Positions 1 through 11,371 of a stretch of 64,000 bases of DNA are shown here, piece by piece. Both the position numbers and the translations under genes were made by a program. How positions within the stretch are numbered: position 1 is the first letter of the stretch; each line of letters begins with the position of its first letter. The stretch is from an uncultured Gemmatimonadales bacterium (GTDB taxonomy: Bacteria; Gemmatimonadota; Gemmatimonadetes; Gemmatimonadales; GWC2-71-9): positions 1-64,000 of the forward strand of contig CAWHFW010000003.1 in the NCBI GenBank assembly GCA_963828735.1, written 5' to 3'. The notes below the pieces were generated by a model, which made no database searches, had not been told where the DNA came from, and saw nothing but the letters and a program-made list of their open reading frames with translations.

Positions 1-2184
1 ATCGCGGTCAGCACGTTCGAGAACTCGTCCGACCAGACGCGGTCGCCGTCATAGCGGGGGGGCTTCCACCCACTCTTCCCACGCAGCTCCCCGAGATCCT
101 CCTCGCGCCCGGTCACGACCGCCCAGACGGAGGCGTCTGTGCGGTACTTGTCGGACCCCGCCGCATACCGGATCCGCCCCACGAGCCCGGCGTCCCGCAC
201 GAGCGACGCCAATACCGGCTCCAGGTCCACATACGGTTGCTCAGATGGAACAGGAGCGCGCCGCCCGGCGCCAGCTTCCTGAGATACAGCTGCAGGGCTT
301 CCCGGGTCAGCAGGTGGACCGGGATAGCGTCCGACGAGAACGCATCCAGCACTAGGACATCGAACCTGCCCTGCCGGTTCCCGAGAGCGACAGCCGGCCG
401 TCGCCGAGCACGATCCGGATCGCGCCGGGCGAGTCCGCCAGGTAGGTGAAGTAGCGGGGGTTGCGCGCGATGCGCTCGATCTCGGGGTCGGGCTCGAAGA
501 ACGTCCACGCCTCGTCCTCGCGGGCGTAGGCGGCCATGGCACCGGTGCCGAGCCCGATCACGCCGATCCTCGGGTGCGGATGGCGCGGCAGCGCGGCGAA
601 GGCGTCGCCCAGCGGGCCCGTCGCACCCGTGGTAGCTCAGCGGCTCCAGACGCATGCGCGGATCGAGACTCTGGGCCCCGTGCTTGGTGCTACCATTGAG
701 CAGGACGTGCGTCCATCCCTCCTGTTGAAGGTACCTTCCGCACGCCGAAGAAGTCGCGGTCGCGGAGCAACAGGCCGCGCTCGGACGCGTGCGACGTAGC
801 GGCCGCCACGATGACAGCCAGGGCGGCGCCGAGCACCAGCGGCCGGCGCCGCTCGCGGTACATCGCCACGGCTGCGAGGCACGACGCGAGGACCGAGATC
901 CCGATCACCAGGGCCGGCGGGGGCGCCACCTGGTCGCCCAGCCGTTCGACGACGAGGCGCGCGACGACCAGCACCACCAGGCTCAGCGCCAGCTCGCGCA
1001 GGCCCCGCCACGAGGCCGCCGACGACTCCGACCTCGGCGCCAGGGCGCAGGCCAACGCCAGCGCCGAGCGGATACTCCAGGATGGAGTCGAAGAGGCCCG
1101 GCGCGATCAGGACGTTGAAGGCGCCGCCCAGCATCCCCCCGATCGCGATCCAGAGATAGAACTCGGTGAGATGCCTCGCTGCCGGCCGACTCGCCGCGAG
1201 GATGCCGTGGCACATGAGCGCGGTGACGAAGAAGACGAGGAGATGGAACGGCAGCCACGCGGTGAACTCCAGCGAGGATCCCCAGAACAGGAAGACGATC
1301 ACCGCCACCGCGAGCAGCGGCTGCCAGCGAACCGCGAACCCCGGCGGGACGACCGGCGGCTGGACGAAGGTGAGGATGAAGGTCAGGAGATAGGTGGCGA
1401 GCGGCATCACCCACAGGAGCGGGATCGCGGCGATGTCGGTCGTCAGGTACGTCGTCAGCCCGAGGAGCAGGCTCGAGGGAACCGCACTGAGCAGGACCCA
1501 GCGCCCTCGATTGCTCCAGCTCGGCTGCTCGGGGACCGTCTCGGCCGACCGCTCGGCTTCCGGACGGGCATGCGACGCATGGGGGAGGCGATCGCTTCTT
1601 CTCGCGACAATCGCGCAGAGCATCGTGAGCAGCGCGAAGACGCAGAAGGCCACACTCCAGGCGACCGCTTGCGAGCGCAGGCCGAGCTGCGGCTCTACGA
1701 GGCTGGGATAGGCGAGCAGGCCTCCCAGGCTCCCGGCATTACTCGCCGCATAGAGAAAGTAGGGGTCACGAGCCCGCTCGTACCGAGTGCGAGTGAACCA
1801 GCCCTGCAGCAGCGGGCCGGTCGCCGCCAGGACCACGAACGGCAGGCCGACGGAAACGCCCAGGGTCATGATCAGCCAGGGCACGGGATGGTGCGGGTCG
1901 GGTGAGCCTACGGTCGCGGGGAGGTGCAGCGGCAGGAGCAGGAGCGAGACGAGGGCCAGTACGAGGTGCAGAAACACATGACGCCGCTCGCCCACCACAC
2001 GCCGCCCCAGGTGGGCCCAGGCATAGCCCACCAGCAGCGCCGTCTGAAAAAAGAGGATGCAGGTGTTCCAGACGGCCGGGCTCCCGCCCAGGAGCGGCAA
2101 CACGAGCTTCCCGACGAAGGGCTCGACCGCAAAGAGCAGGAAGGCACTGAGGAACAATGTGCCTCCGAAGAGCACGGCGCTCAC
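1..2184 (-). CDS. Membrane-fused spermidine-synthase-like SAM-dependent transferase (fused MFS/spermidine synthase type); frameshifted, 3' end runs off the window
   Basis: N-terminal multi-TM region (LFLSAFLLFAVEP...PLLGGSPAVWNTC, DPYFLYAASNAGS) in ORF 637..2184. Continuing frames give IGLGTG (SAM loop), FDVLVLDAFSSDAIPVHLLTREA and a terminal WSDEFSN near base 1. Confidence 0.85.
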
Positions 2185-2193
2185 GCGCGGCGC

Positions 2194-3795
2194 CTATCGA
2201 ACTTGCGTCAAACGGTGCGGCATGGCATAAGGCGACCAGTACGTTCGGTCCTCCAGGGGCGGCAGGTCGGCGCGGAACGCGGTCCGCAGCACAAACCGGA
2301 TCGCATTGACCGGGGTGACAGTGTCCGGCAGGGCACGCGGATCGGCTCCGGGCACCCTGTACGCCGCGAAGACCGACGTACGGTCCGCTACCTGCGCCGC
2401 GCTCATCTGGTCCAGGTCGGGAAGGTGCCTGCCCGAGCGGCCGTGCCCGTGGTCGCGCCTGGAGCAGGATGACGGGCGGCACCCGTCCGCGCGCCTGCCA
2501 GGTCGTGATCAGGGTCTCCAGCTTCTGGCTTCAAACACCGGATCTGCTGCACGTAGGCCTGGCGGACCCGAGCCGAATCCTGTCCGTCGTCGCTCGTGGG
2601 CCAATAGGGTGCCCGATGCCGGCAGTCGCCTCGGTAGATGTAAGGCTCGTGGGGAACCGTCAAGTGCACGAGCGCGAAGACGGGCCTCTCCTGTCCGGCA
2701 AGCGCGGCGAGCTGCTCGAATTTCCAGTCCAGCATCGCCGCCGTCTCGGGCACGTAGGGCATCGGCATGCTGCACCTGAGCGCGGCACAGGCCAGGCGGT
2801 GCACCGTGGGGAGCGGCGTCGACTTGTACCAGGCGATGACCAACTCGGGGCGGATGGCGCGGGGATCGGGAATCTGAATGTCGGCGAAGCGGTTGCGCCT
2901 CGTGGCACCGTAGGCGGTCGGCGAGAAGACGAACTGGTAGCCGCGCTCGCGCAGGAATGCAGCCAGACGGTTCCCTTCGATCGCCGCGTAGCTCTCCCTT
3001 CGATCGAGGCTCTCAGACCCGATCCGTGCAACCGTCGAGTCGAGATACCTCATGTTGAGCAGGGCATTCAATGCCAGGTACGTCTGCACGTAATTGGCCC
3101 GCGCCCTGGGTGGAATCAGGAAGTCGTGCCGCCGGAGAAAGCCCTCGAACTCGCCGTTGTCGAACGCGAACTGCTCGGCGAGCGTGTGCGACGCGGTGTA
3201 CTTGTCCAGGACCAACAGCAGGACGTCCGGTGGCCGGCCCACGATGCCCGGGGCAAGCAATCCCCGAGGGCGAAAGCGCCCCTGGGGAGCGGGAGGCGGC
3301 GAGGAGGCTGCGCGCACCCAGCCATCCGTTCCAGGCGGCTACGAGACCGCTCACGATCGCGAGGTAGCCGAGCACGCCGCCGAGCGGGCGCCGCGACGCG
3401 GCGATAGCGAAGACGAAACCGCCGACCACCGCGAGGGCGACGACCAGCGACACGGCCTCGGCTCGCGATGGGCCGACGCTGCCGGCGAGCCGCCAGGTTG
3501 CAAGGATCTGGCCGAACGATCCGAACCCCACGACGACGATCCAGCCGATGAGCGCCGCCTTCGTCGGGCTTCCGGTGAGCCGCCACCCCGCGACGTGAGC
3601 CGCCGCGGCGACCACCATCGTGATCGCGATCGGCAGGGCCAGGTCGATAGGCTGCACGAGCTCGCCGCTGCTCCCGGCGACCAGGCTCAGCACGAAGAAC
3701 ACCCCGACCGTGTACGGCGCCGAGCACCGTGCGATGAGCTTCCGGTTCCAGCCACCCTGCGCCGTGGCCGCAGCCGGGATCGCCGCCTCAGTCAT
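2194..3795 (-). CDS. Membrane-anchored alkaline-phosphatase-superfamily enzyme (sulfatase-like / LtaS-EptA-like); frameshifted
   Basis: About 5 N-terminal TM helices from MTEAAIP, then DVLLLVLDKY, NYVQTYLAL, VHLTVPHEPY, ILLQ(G)-HG and TVTPVNAIRFVL, spread over ORFs 3013..3855, 2403..3317 and 2194..2406. Confidence 0.8.
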
Positions 3796-5953
3796 GAGCG
3801 AGCAGGGCCGAGAGGCGGTCCGATGCGGGCGCCCGAACGAATCCCACCCACGCAAGCCCGTACAACCCGAGCGCGATGAGATAGAGGGGCCGAGTCCCCA
3901 AGGCCATGCACGAGTACTCGAGCACGCCCCCGGCGAGCGCGCCCAGCAGGTTGGATCCCAACGCCACGGACGGCTGCCGCTCCATCGCGATCTGCCTCGC
4001 GAAGATGATGGCCGCGAAGAACAGGGGGAGGCAAAGGACGACGACGGCGACCCAGTCTCGAAGCGGCGAGCTCCAGCCCAGCAGGTCGTGGAGAGGCGCC
4101 GCCCACGTGGCGATCAGCGTGAGGGCCAGGCACATGAATGCGACCCGTATGGACGGAGCCGTGCCGCGCTGGACCAGCACGGTCCCCAGCACGATCAGGC
4201 CGAGCACCGCCGCGATCACGAAGAAGTTTACGGTCCACGTCGAGCCCAGGAAGATCGCGAGCTCCGTCATCGCCTTCGTCTCGACGAGAAGGAACGCGGC
4301 GCCGAGCCAGAAGAAGGGCCATCGCACCGCCTTGAGGCCCGCCGTCCGCCGGACGGCAAAGGTCGAGAGGGCGAACAGCATGGCCATGCAGACGAGGTAG
4401 TTGATCGGAATGCCCTTGTCCCGGAGATAGAGATAGGGCCAGTCGTCGGTCGGGACGGTTTGTGCGACCGCGAAATGGGCAGGGTCGAGATAGCCCTCGC
4501 GTGCGTCGTAGGTCCAGGTGTGGCCGAGATCGGAGACGCGACGCGTCGTGACCGGCAGGAAGGTCTGGTCGTGTCCCTGCATGGGCGTGCCGCCGAGAAA
4601 CACGGTGCCCGCCGAGGAGCTCCGCGCGCCCTGATACACCAGGGGAGGCTGGTGGAAGGTCTCGAGGAACAGCGTGTAGAGCCGATCGGCGATCCACTGC
4701 TCGTGCAGGGTGAACGTCACCGCCAGGACACCGCCGGGCGCGAGATGCGCCTTCATCTCCTGAAATGCGTCCCGGGTATAGATGAAGTTGTCGAGCCGCA
4801 CGCTGCTCATCGCCGAGAACAGCGAGTGGCTGTCCACGTAGCCCAGCACGATCTTGTCGTAGGGCTCGGCCCGCGTGCGAAGGAAGCTCCGCCCCTCGCG
4901 ATTCCACAGGGTGACGCGCGGGTCGTCGTACGGGTGCTCGGGGTGCAGCTCGAGACCCAGGCGCAGAATGACGGGGTCGATCTCGACGGCATCCACGTGC
5001 CGGGCGCCCGCGCGCAGCGCGGCCGCCACGTCGTTTCCGGTGCCCGCCCCCAGCACGAGCACCCGTTCGTTGCGCCCGTATTTGTAGGGCTCGTCGTAGA
5101 TGCGGCGCCGGGTCCCAAGGTCGGCAACCCGGTCGAAGGCGCCGCTCAGGTTCCAGGCCTGCTGATGCGAGTCCTCGTTGACGCTGATCTGGTAGCCGTC
5201 GGGCGCACCGGGCAGCTTCACGACCTCGGTCGTCACCTTGTAGTACGGGGACCAGATCTCGGGCTCGAGGAGGGTGAGCCCCGCAACGAGGGCGATGAGC
5301 GCCGTCGCCGCCACCGCACTCTTCGTCAGCCGGATGAACGGGGCCAGGAGGAGCAGGCCGACGACGAACCACCAGAGCGGCGACAGCTCCAGCAGCGAGA
5401 ACAGCGCGAACGCACAGAGTCCCGCGAGGGCGCCGGCGACGTTGATGAGGTAGGCCTGGATGGGCGGAAGCGTGTCGAACTCGCGGCCGAGTATCTGGCC
5501 GATGGGGACGAACACGGCGGTGTTGACGGCGAAGAAGGCGAAGAGCGCCACGTACTGAAGCGGCGTCCCCTTCGCGGCTCGGGACAGCCCGTTCCAGACG
5601 AAGTTTCCTTCACCCGCCAGCGGCAAGGTGAGGTCGAGGCCGTGATAGACGGAGGCCAGCACCATCAACGCTGCCAACAGGCCGAGGGCGGCGCTCGGCC
5701 GGATTCGCGAGGTGGAGGCGGTGAGCGAGCCGACGCCAAGGCCCAGGATGCAGCTGATCAGCGTGACGTTGCTGAAGTACGCCAGAATGCGTACCTCGCT
5801 CGGCAGCCAGCGGATGACCAGCAGCTCGAAATAGAGCGAGGCGACGCTGATGAGCAGCACCCTCGCCCATGCAGGCCAGCCGGTCGCGGGCGTGCGATCG
5901 GCCGTGCGGGGTTCCGCGCCGCCGCGGCGTGCTTCCGAGGCTGGACTCGTCAC
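3788..5953 (-). CDS. Membrane-fused spermidine-synthase-like SAM-dependent transferase (intact, 721 aa)
   Basis: TM-SAM domain-TM layout with LYFELLVIRW, VLVLGAGTGNDV, VDAVEIDP, PTDDWPYLYL, FLLVETK and SNLLGALAGGVLEY. Confidence 0.9.
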   Translation of the reverse strand: MTSPASEARRGGAEPRTADRTPATGWPAWARVLLISVASLYFELLVIRWLPSEVRILAYFSNVTLISCILGLGVGSLTASTSRIRPSAALGLLAALMVLASVYHGLDLTLPLAGEGNFVWNGLSRAAKGTPLQYVALFAFFAVNTAVFVPIGQILGREFDTLPPIQAYLINVAGALAGLCAFALFSLLELSPLWWFVVGLLLLAPFIRLTKSAVAATALIALVAGLTLLEPEIWSPYYKVTTEVVKLPGAPDGYQISVNEDSHQQAWNLSGAFDRVADLGTRRRIYDEPYKYGRNERVLVLGAGTGNDVAAALRAGARHVDAVEIDPVILRLGLELHPEHPYDDPRVTLWNREGRSFLRTRAEPYDKIVLGYVDSHSLFSAMSSVRLDNFIYTRDAFQEMKAHLAPGGVLAVTFTLHEQWIADRLYTLFLETFHQPPLVYQGARSSSAGTVFLGGTPMQGHDQTFLPVTTRRVSDLGHTWTYDAREGYLDPAHFAVAQTVPTDDWPYLYLRDKGIPINYLVCMAMLFALSTFAVRRTAGLKAVRWPFFWLGAAFLLVETKAMTELAIFLGSTWTVNFFVIAAVLGLIVLGTVLVQRGTAPSIRVAFMCLALTLIATWAAPLHDLLGWSSPLRDWVAVVVLCLPLFFAAIIFARQIAMERQPSVALGSNLLGALAGGVLEYSCMALGTRPLYLIALGLYGLAWVGFVRAPASDRLSALLAHD

Positions 5954-5991
5954 GCCTCATGACCTCAGGTCAGGCCGACCGGGAATCGCGG

Positions 5992-6186
5992 CTAGTGCGC
6001 CCCGGCGGCGTAGAGAATCCCGTCCTGCAGATGATCGAGGAATCGGACCTCGGAATAGCTGCAGGTTGTGTGCCCCATGCCGGTGTACCAGGCTCGGCCG
6101 CCCTCGAACTCGTGAAGCCACGAAACGGGATGATCGGCTGCCACCGCGACCACAAGCGCCGCGATTCGAAGGGCCCATTTCGTCAT
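5992..6186 (-). pseudogene. ThuA-like domain remnant: signal-like N-terminus joined to only the C-terminal ThuA segment (64 aa)
   Basis: MTKWALRIAALVVAVAA-DHPVSWLHEFEGGRAWYTGMGH...FLDHLQDGILYAAG resembles the C-terminus of ThuA-domain proteins. The start overlaps the PAP2 stop (ATGA). Confidence 0.6.
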
Positions 6187-7211
6187 GGCCCCGAGCTCAC
6201 GGCCGTCGGCCGGCGTCGCAGCGCCAACCAGAGGCTGGCGAGTTGCCCCGGCCTGGTCGCCCACCAAGCACCCGATGCGAGCCCAAGCCCGACGAGGGCA
6301 TCCGCAGCGTAGTGCTCTCCGAGGTACACCAGGGCCACGAGCATGGAGGCAGCGTAGAGCATTGCCAGGGGGCGCAGCCAACGACGCGTGTGCCACGCGA
6401 CGAGCACGATCAGCCAGGTGACGCCCATGTGGACGGAGGGCATGGCCGCGACCGGATTCCCTTCACCGACGTGGTATGAGTAGCTGTAGAGCGTCGGATC
6501 CTGACCGAAGAACACCTCGTTCGCTACCCGATGCAGGGGCGGAAGCAACCCGCGATAGGCCGCGAGCCACGGGGGTGCGGTCGGCACGACGACATGGACA
6601 AGCGCGCCGGCGGCGAGCAGGGCCAGGGTCGCCATCACGTAGCGGCGAAACAGGCCGCTTCCGGTCGCCCACAGAACGAGTGCCATCAGCGGCGGGATGG
6701 CGAAATAGGACAGGTAGACGCTGATGAAATACCAGTCGAAGAGAGTGACGTGCTCCGGATGAAACCAACGATGCTGAAGCGCGACCGTCGGCACCTGGCC
6801 GAACCCGATCACCCGATCCACGGCGATGACGTAGCCGTACTGCACCCGGCTGCCGTCCCCATCGGCAAAGTTCCTCACCACCCGGAAGGCGAGGAAGCCG
6901 AGGATGTAGGAGCTCCAGAGCTTGAATGCGTCGCTGCTGCGTCGTTGGAAGGCCGTCACGACCAGCGGGGTGCCCAGGACGACAGGGTAGAGGTGAGCCC
7001 ACAGACCGTTCGAGGGACCGGCAGTACCGATCAATGCGATGACGGTGACGACCGGCCGGCCACCCCAGCGCCAGAGCTGGCGTGCGGCCAGTCCAACCCG
7101 GGCCAAGAACCGCGGCTGGTCGGACGCTGTGCTGGCGGTAGGCGCACCGTTCACCGGGCCGGGTCCCAGGTGTTGCGTTGGTGCACCTTTCGCATGCCAC
7201 AGGCGAGGCAT
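6183..7211 (-). CDS. PAP2-family membrane phosphatase/phosphotransferase (PAP2_3, AUR1/IPC-synthase-like); start uncertain
   Basis: Multi-TM protein with YLSYF, PTAPPW, NPVAAMPSVHMG and YLGEHYAAD motifs. Confidence 0.85.
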   Translation of the reverse strand: MPRLWHAKGAPTQHLGPGPVNGAPTASTASDQPRFLARVGLAARQLWRWGGRPVVTVIALIGTAGPSNGLWAHLYPVVLGTPLVVTAFQRRSSDAFKLWSSYILGFLAFRVVRNFADGDGSRVQYGYVIAVDRVIGFGQVPTVALQHRWFHPEHVTLFDWYFISVYLSYFAIPPLMALVLWATGSGLFRRYVMATLALLAAGALVHVVVPTAPPWLAAYRGLLPPLHRVANEVFFGQDPTLYSYSYHVGEGNPVAAMPSVHMGVTWLIVLVAWHTRRWLRPLAMLYAASMLVALVYLGEHYAADALVGLGLASGAWWATRPGQLASLWLALRRRPTAVSSGP

Positions 7212-7414
7212 GGTGCGGGCAGGGCACCAAGGGCCGGCGGTCGTCTACGCGAGGACCGATGCATGGGCGACCGGCTTTAGATTAGTTCGCACACTGGAGA
7301 GGGGGTCCGGGTAAACAAAGGCATGGGCGATTGGCAGACAAGGGGCGGGCATAAAACTCGCGTCTGCGCGCTCCCCGAAGTATTCTCTCCTTTACTACGT
7401 CGATCGGGGCGAAC

Positions 7415-7648
7415 ATGGTTCACGTCGTGCGTGCCGCTCGTGCCATCCTGACCCCCCTGGTCGTCGCGGGTCTCGGCTTGGCGTTGCTCCCGCGGACAGC
7501 CCATGCCTATGTGGATCCGACGTCGGGCAGCATCATTCTCCAGGTCGTTGCCGCCGGCGTGCTGGGCGCGGTCCTGACCGTCAAGCAATGGTGGTCGAAA
7601 GCCACCGCGCTCGTACGCGGGCTCTTCGGCGGCCGCAAGTCGGCATAG
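7415..7648 (+). CDS. Small membrane protein with AYVDPTSGS motif
   Basis: Signal-like leader ending AHA, then YVDPTSGSIILQVVAAGVLGAVL and a basic tail. A paralog lies at 28709..28864. Confidence 0.75.
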   Translation: MVHVVRAARAILTPLVVAGLGLALLPRTAHAYVDPTSGSIILQVVAAGVLGAVLTVKQWWSKATALVRGLFGGRKSA

Positions 7649-7688
7649 GCGGCCCATTGTCACCGTCACCCGGGCATTCCTGCGGACG

Positions 7689-8171
7689 ATGAACACCCTT
7701 CCCTGCCTCTCTCTCCTGGTTGCCGCCAGCCTGACAATGGTCTCGCTGGGGGCCGCGCAGACCCCATCCGATTCCGGCGCCAGGCCCAACGTCGCCACGG
7801 ACTCGGCGGCGGAGGGCTACAGCGATTCTGCCGACCGGGTAGCTGCAGATACGACCCGGCCGGTCACAGCCGACTCGGCGAAACCCGAGGTGACCACTGG
7901 GCAGCCCTTGGATTCGACGCTCGTCGAGGCGTGCATGGCGCAAGCCGCGGCGGGGGACGAATCTCGTGTGCTGATGGTGAGCTTCGCGGGCCAAGCGACG
8001 GCGGCCGACCGTTCGCGCGCGGCTGCCAGCGTCGGCGGCAAGTTGACCGGCCAGGCGCCGACAGGCGAGGCGTACATCGTCGTTTCTGACACAGTGTCGA
8101 TTCGGAATGCGGCCGATCGGCTGATCCAGGCTCCCGGCGTCACCCAGGTGACCGAGAGGAAGTGTCAGTAG
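7689..8171 (+). CDS. Secreted hypothetical protein
   Basis: Signal peptide, Ala/Asp/Ser/Thr-rich linker and a small alpha/beta C-terminal domain bracketed by two Cys. Confidence 0.65.
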   Translation: MNTLPCLSLLVAASLTMVSLGAAQTPSDSGARPNVATDSAAEGYSDSADRVAADTTRPVTADSAKPEVTTGQPLDSTLVEACMAQAAAGDESRVLMVSFAGQATAADRSRAAASVGGKLTGQAPTGEAYIVVSDTVSIRNAADRLIQAPGVTQVTERKCQ

Positions 8172-8177
8172 CGCGGA

Positions 8178-8339
8178 TCATTCGGGTTGTCCCATCGCGC
8201 GCACCCGCCGTATGAAGGCGGCCACCATCTCGGCCGCGTCTCCGCGCGCGAGGAAATAGACGGCAAGGACGCACAACCCGATGAGCAGTAGCGCACCGAC
8301 ACCCCTGACGAACCCTTCTCGGCCGAGGATCGACCTCAC
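8178..8339 (-). CDS. Small single-TM hypothetical protein (53 aa)
   Basis: GTG start overlaps the upstream stop (GTGA); one hydrophobic helix GVGALLLIGLCVLAVYFLA. Confidence 0.5.
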   Translation of the reverse strand: MRSILGREGFVRGVGALLLIGLCVLAVYFLARGDAAEMVAAFIRRVRAMGQPE

Positions 8340-8816
8340 TGACGCTTGCCGAGAAACAGACCCTGGTCCGTGTAGTCCCCCACCTGCTCCCCGTCCCGCC
8401 ACAGCTCAAATTTGACAGCGTCACCGAGTAGATAGGTGCCTCGGTAGGCCCGATAGAAGCGCTCGAGGTGATAGGCCAGCGGGGTGCTCTGGTCCAGCGC
8501 ATCCTCGCCGAGCACCAGGGCCAGTCTCGCGTGGCCGATCTCATGGATCTCGGTGACCAGACCCAGCCTCCTGAGGTCGTGGACGGCGCCCTGGAGTTGC
8601 GGTGTGACCAGAAGCGTCGGGCTCACCGGGCACGACGGGTTGCCGCCCTTCCCGCCACCAGCGCAGGCGAGGTCCGCGGAGTCTGCGATCCCAACCGGCG
8701 CAGGGTCGTAGCCGGCAGCGGTATTCGAGGAGACGCAGGCGGCAATGGCGATCCAACCCAGCAAGCAGACTTGTGAGGTGCCCGAGGCGCCTGAGACTCG
8801 TTCTTGAGTAGCTCAT
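8336..8816 (-). CDS. Hypothetical lipoprotein (probable frameshift near 8765)
   Basis: ATG at 8816 after GGCAGGA gives MSYSRTSLRR..., continuing into LGWIAIAAC (lipobox-like) of ORF 8336..8764. Confidence 0.55.
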
Positions 8817-9049
8817 TCCTGCCATTTCCGCCGCGGAGGTCATCAGGCTCACGGATGCGGGGATGCTCCGTGGACAGGTACCCAATAGCCAAAAATCGCG
8901 CGCCCGGCGCTAGCCGGTAGTAGGGGTCCACGATCGTTGACTAGGGTGATCCTAGGCGGTCAATCCTGCTCGCAGCAGAGTTTGTGCCACCCTCCGGATC
9001 GCACCGGTAGGCGGACGAACAAGGGCGAGCCCGCGAAGAGAGGGTCCGA

Positions 9050-11171
9050 CTAGACCGGGCTCTGCGCGGAGGTTGGTACGCGCCTCCCGACCGCCAGAGT
9101 GGCGAGGAGGCTCACCAGATACGCACCAACGATCACAAACACCAGGCTCCTTCTCCCGCTGGCCATGCTGAGGTACTCGGCGAACCCGCCGACCATCGCG
9201 CCGACGAGGTTCGCCCCGAACGCGGCCGACGAGAGCGCGGTACGCTTGAAGGTCCCCGAGAACACGAGTCCCGCGAAGAAGATCGGGATCGGAACGACCA
9301 GCACGGTCCAGGCAAGCCGGCCTGCGAAGGGCAGTCCCAGGATGGCGTCGTTCGGCATGGCGTACACCACCAGTAGGGAGCCGATGAGCGGAGCGTACAG
9401 CCAGGGAGTGAATCCACGGAGCCGGCCGGCCACGCCGTTCGCAAGGAGAACCATGAGGAGCACGCCGGCGATCACGATCAGCGAGACGAGCCACGTAGCC
9501 CCGAAATAGAGCGAGCAGTCCACGATGGACTTCGTCTCGAGCAGCAGAAAGCCCACCCCCATCGCGCCGAAATGCAGATCTTCCGCTCCCGCCCCGCTCG
9601 GCTTGAGACGGGCCACCGCGACGACGGAGATGACGAGCAGGCTGAGGATCACCAGGACATAGTCCGGCGGGATCGTCCGCTCCCGCAGGTAGAGATAAGG
9701 CCAGTCGTCGCTCGCCGGCGGAGTCGCCAGGTCCGCGTCGGTCGGCCGCCACGGCGTGAAATCGCGAAAGGCCGTCGGCGGGATTCGCCATCGGCTGCTT
9801 CTCGACGACCATGACCATCACGCCGTTCGGCCTGGAGTAGACGCGCGGTTCGTGCCCGTGGCCTCGGTGACCATCCGATAGAGCTTGCCGCCGAGCCACG
9901 GTCTGGCCGCTGGCGAAGGCCAGCGTCAGCACCCCCGGTCGTTCAGCGAGTCGCCAGGCAGAGCGGATGCCCTCGATGGTATAGACGAACCCGTCCAGCC
10001 GGATGTTGGCCATCGAGCTGAAGAGACCGTGGGAGTCGAGGAATCCGAAGCTGACCAGGTCGTAGCCGGGCGTCGCGCGCTCGAAGAACGCACGCGCGTC
10101 ATCCACGTGCACCGTCACCTTCGGGTTGCCGTAGACGCCGGCAGCGCTGTAGCGGCGCGCCAGCCGGACGATCGACGGGTCGATCTCGACCGCGTCCACG
10201 TGCTCGGCACCGTGCAGCAGCGCCGACTCCACGTCCAGTCCGCCGCCGGCTCCTACGACCGTCACGCGGCGCGGATTCGGCTGGAACGCATACGGGATCT
10301 GATAGGCGACCTGGTAGGTGTCCGCATGGGCGTAGGCCGGCGTGCCCGGTGTAACGTCGCAGATCGTTCGTGCGGTGGTACTGGTAGAAGTTCTGATTCA
10401 CCGCGAGGACGTAGGTCGGCGGGTCGCGCATCGTCATGAGGTCGGCAGGCGGCGTCCGGGGCCGGAGCTGTACCAGGGCCAGGAGTCCTCGCTAGTGGCG
10501 ACCATCTCGAGATAGCTGTACACCGACCAGGTCGCTCGCCAGTCCGTCGCCACGACGGAGAGCGCCAGGGAGAGCGCAGACGAGCACGACGAGTGCGCAC
10601 GCTCGCGCGACCTGTGCGGGGTAGAGCAGGCCGAACAGGAGCACGGCGATCGCGAGGCCGATCTGCGGAGAAAAGTGCAGGACGGCGAACAGGCCGAATA
10701 CCAGCGTGCCGGCCAGGCTCCCGCCGAGATCCCAGGCGTAGGCCCTCAGGTTCGGGAGCCGCTGGAATTGCTGGCCGATCTGCTCGCCGAGCGGCACGAA
10801 CAGCGCCGCGTTCAGGAAGAAGACACCGAGCAGCACGAGGTAGTTCGTCAGCCCGCCTGAAGGGCGTCGAAGCGCACCTCCACCGAGCTGCCCGGCAGGA
10901 GCACGCTCCGACACAGGACGAGGAAGAGCACATCGGCCGTGAGGAGCGACGGAAACCACCGAATCAGATTCGCCCGTCGCTCCGCGAGCATCGCGCCCAG
11001 GCCGATGCCGAGAAACGAGCTGATCAGCATCAGGTTGGCATAGTACGCCACCAACCGGACCGCTCCGGGCACCCACCGGATCATCATCAGCTCGAGGAAC
11101 AGCGACAGGAACGAGAGGGCGAAAAGCGCCAGGCGGCCGACCGGCCTTCCGGCCCTGTCCGAGTCGGACAT
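9050..11171 (-). CDS. Third membrane-fused spermidine-synthase-like SAM-dependent transferase; multiply frameshifted
   Basis: MSDSDRAG...LFLELMMIRW, RAYAWDLGGSLAG, VVGAGGGLDV, VEIDP, FGFLDSH, FLLLETK and ANLVGAMVGGFAEY across several ORFs. Collinear paralog of 3788..5953. Confidence 0.85.
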
Positions 11172-11371
11172 CAGCGTTACCCATGCGTGGGCTTCCCGGA
11201 AGGCGGAGGTGTAGTGCGCCGCGCCGGGTGACGGCGTTCGAGGGGTGATCGGTGGTCCAGCGCGACCGCGGGACACCACTAGCAGGACTCGGGCCGGGGC
11301 CTCGGCGCGATACCATGACGCTCTCCCTCGCGGACGACAGGACTCGACGGGACGGAGACCGCTCTTTGCGT

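Noticed and set aside
3620..5962. Long antisense ORFs (also 19283..21823, 42199..43950, 54015..55982)
   Set aside because: Mirror frames of real genes, expected at high GC3; no recognisable motifs.
7261..7330. 10-bp direct repeat GCATGGGCGA, 60 bp apart
   Set aside because: Only two short GC-rich copies; compatible with chance.
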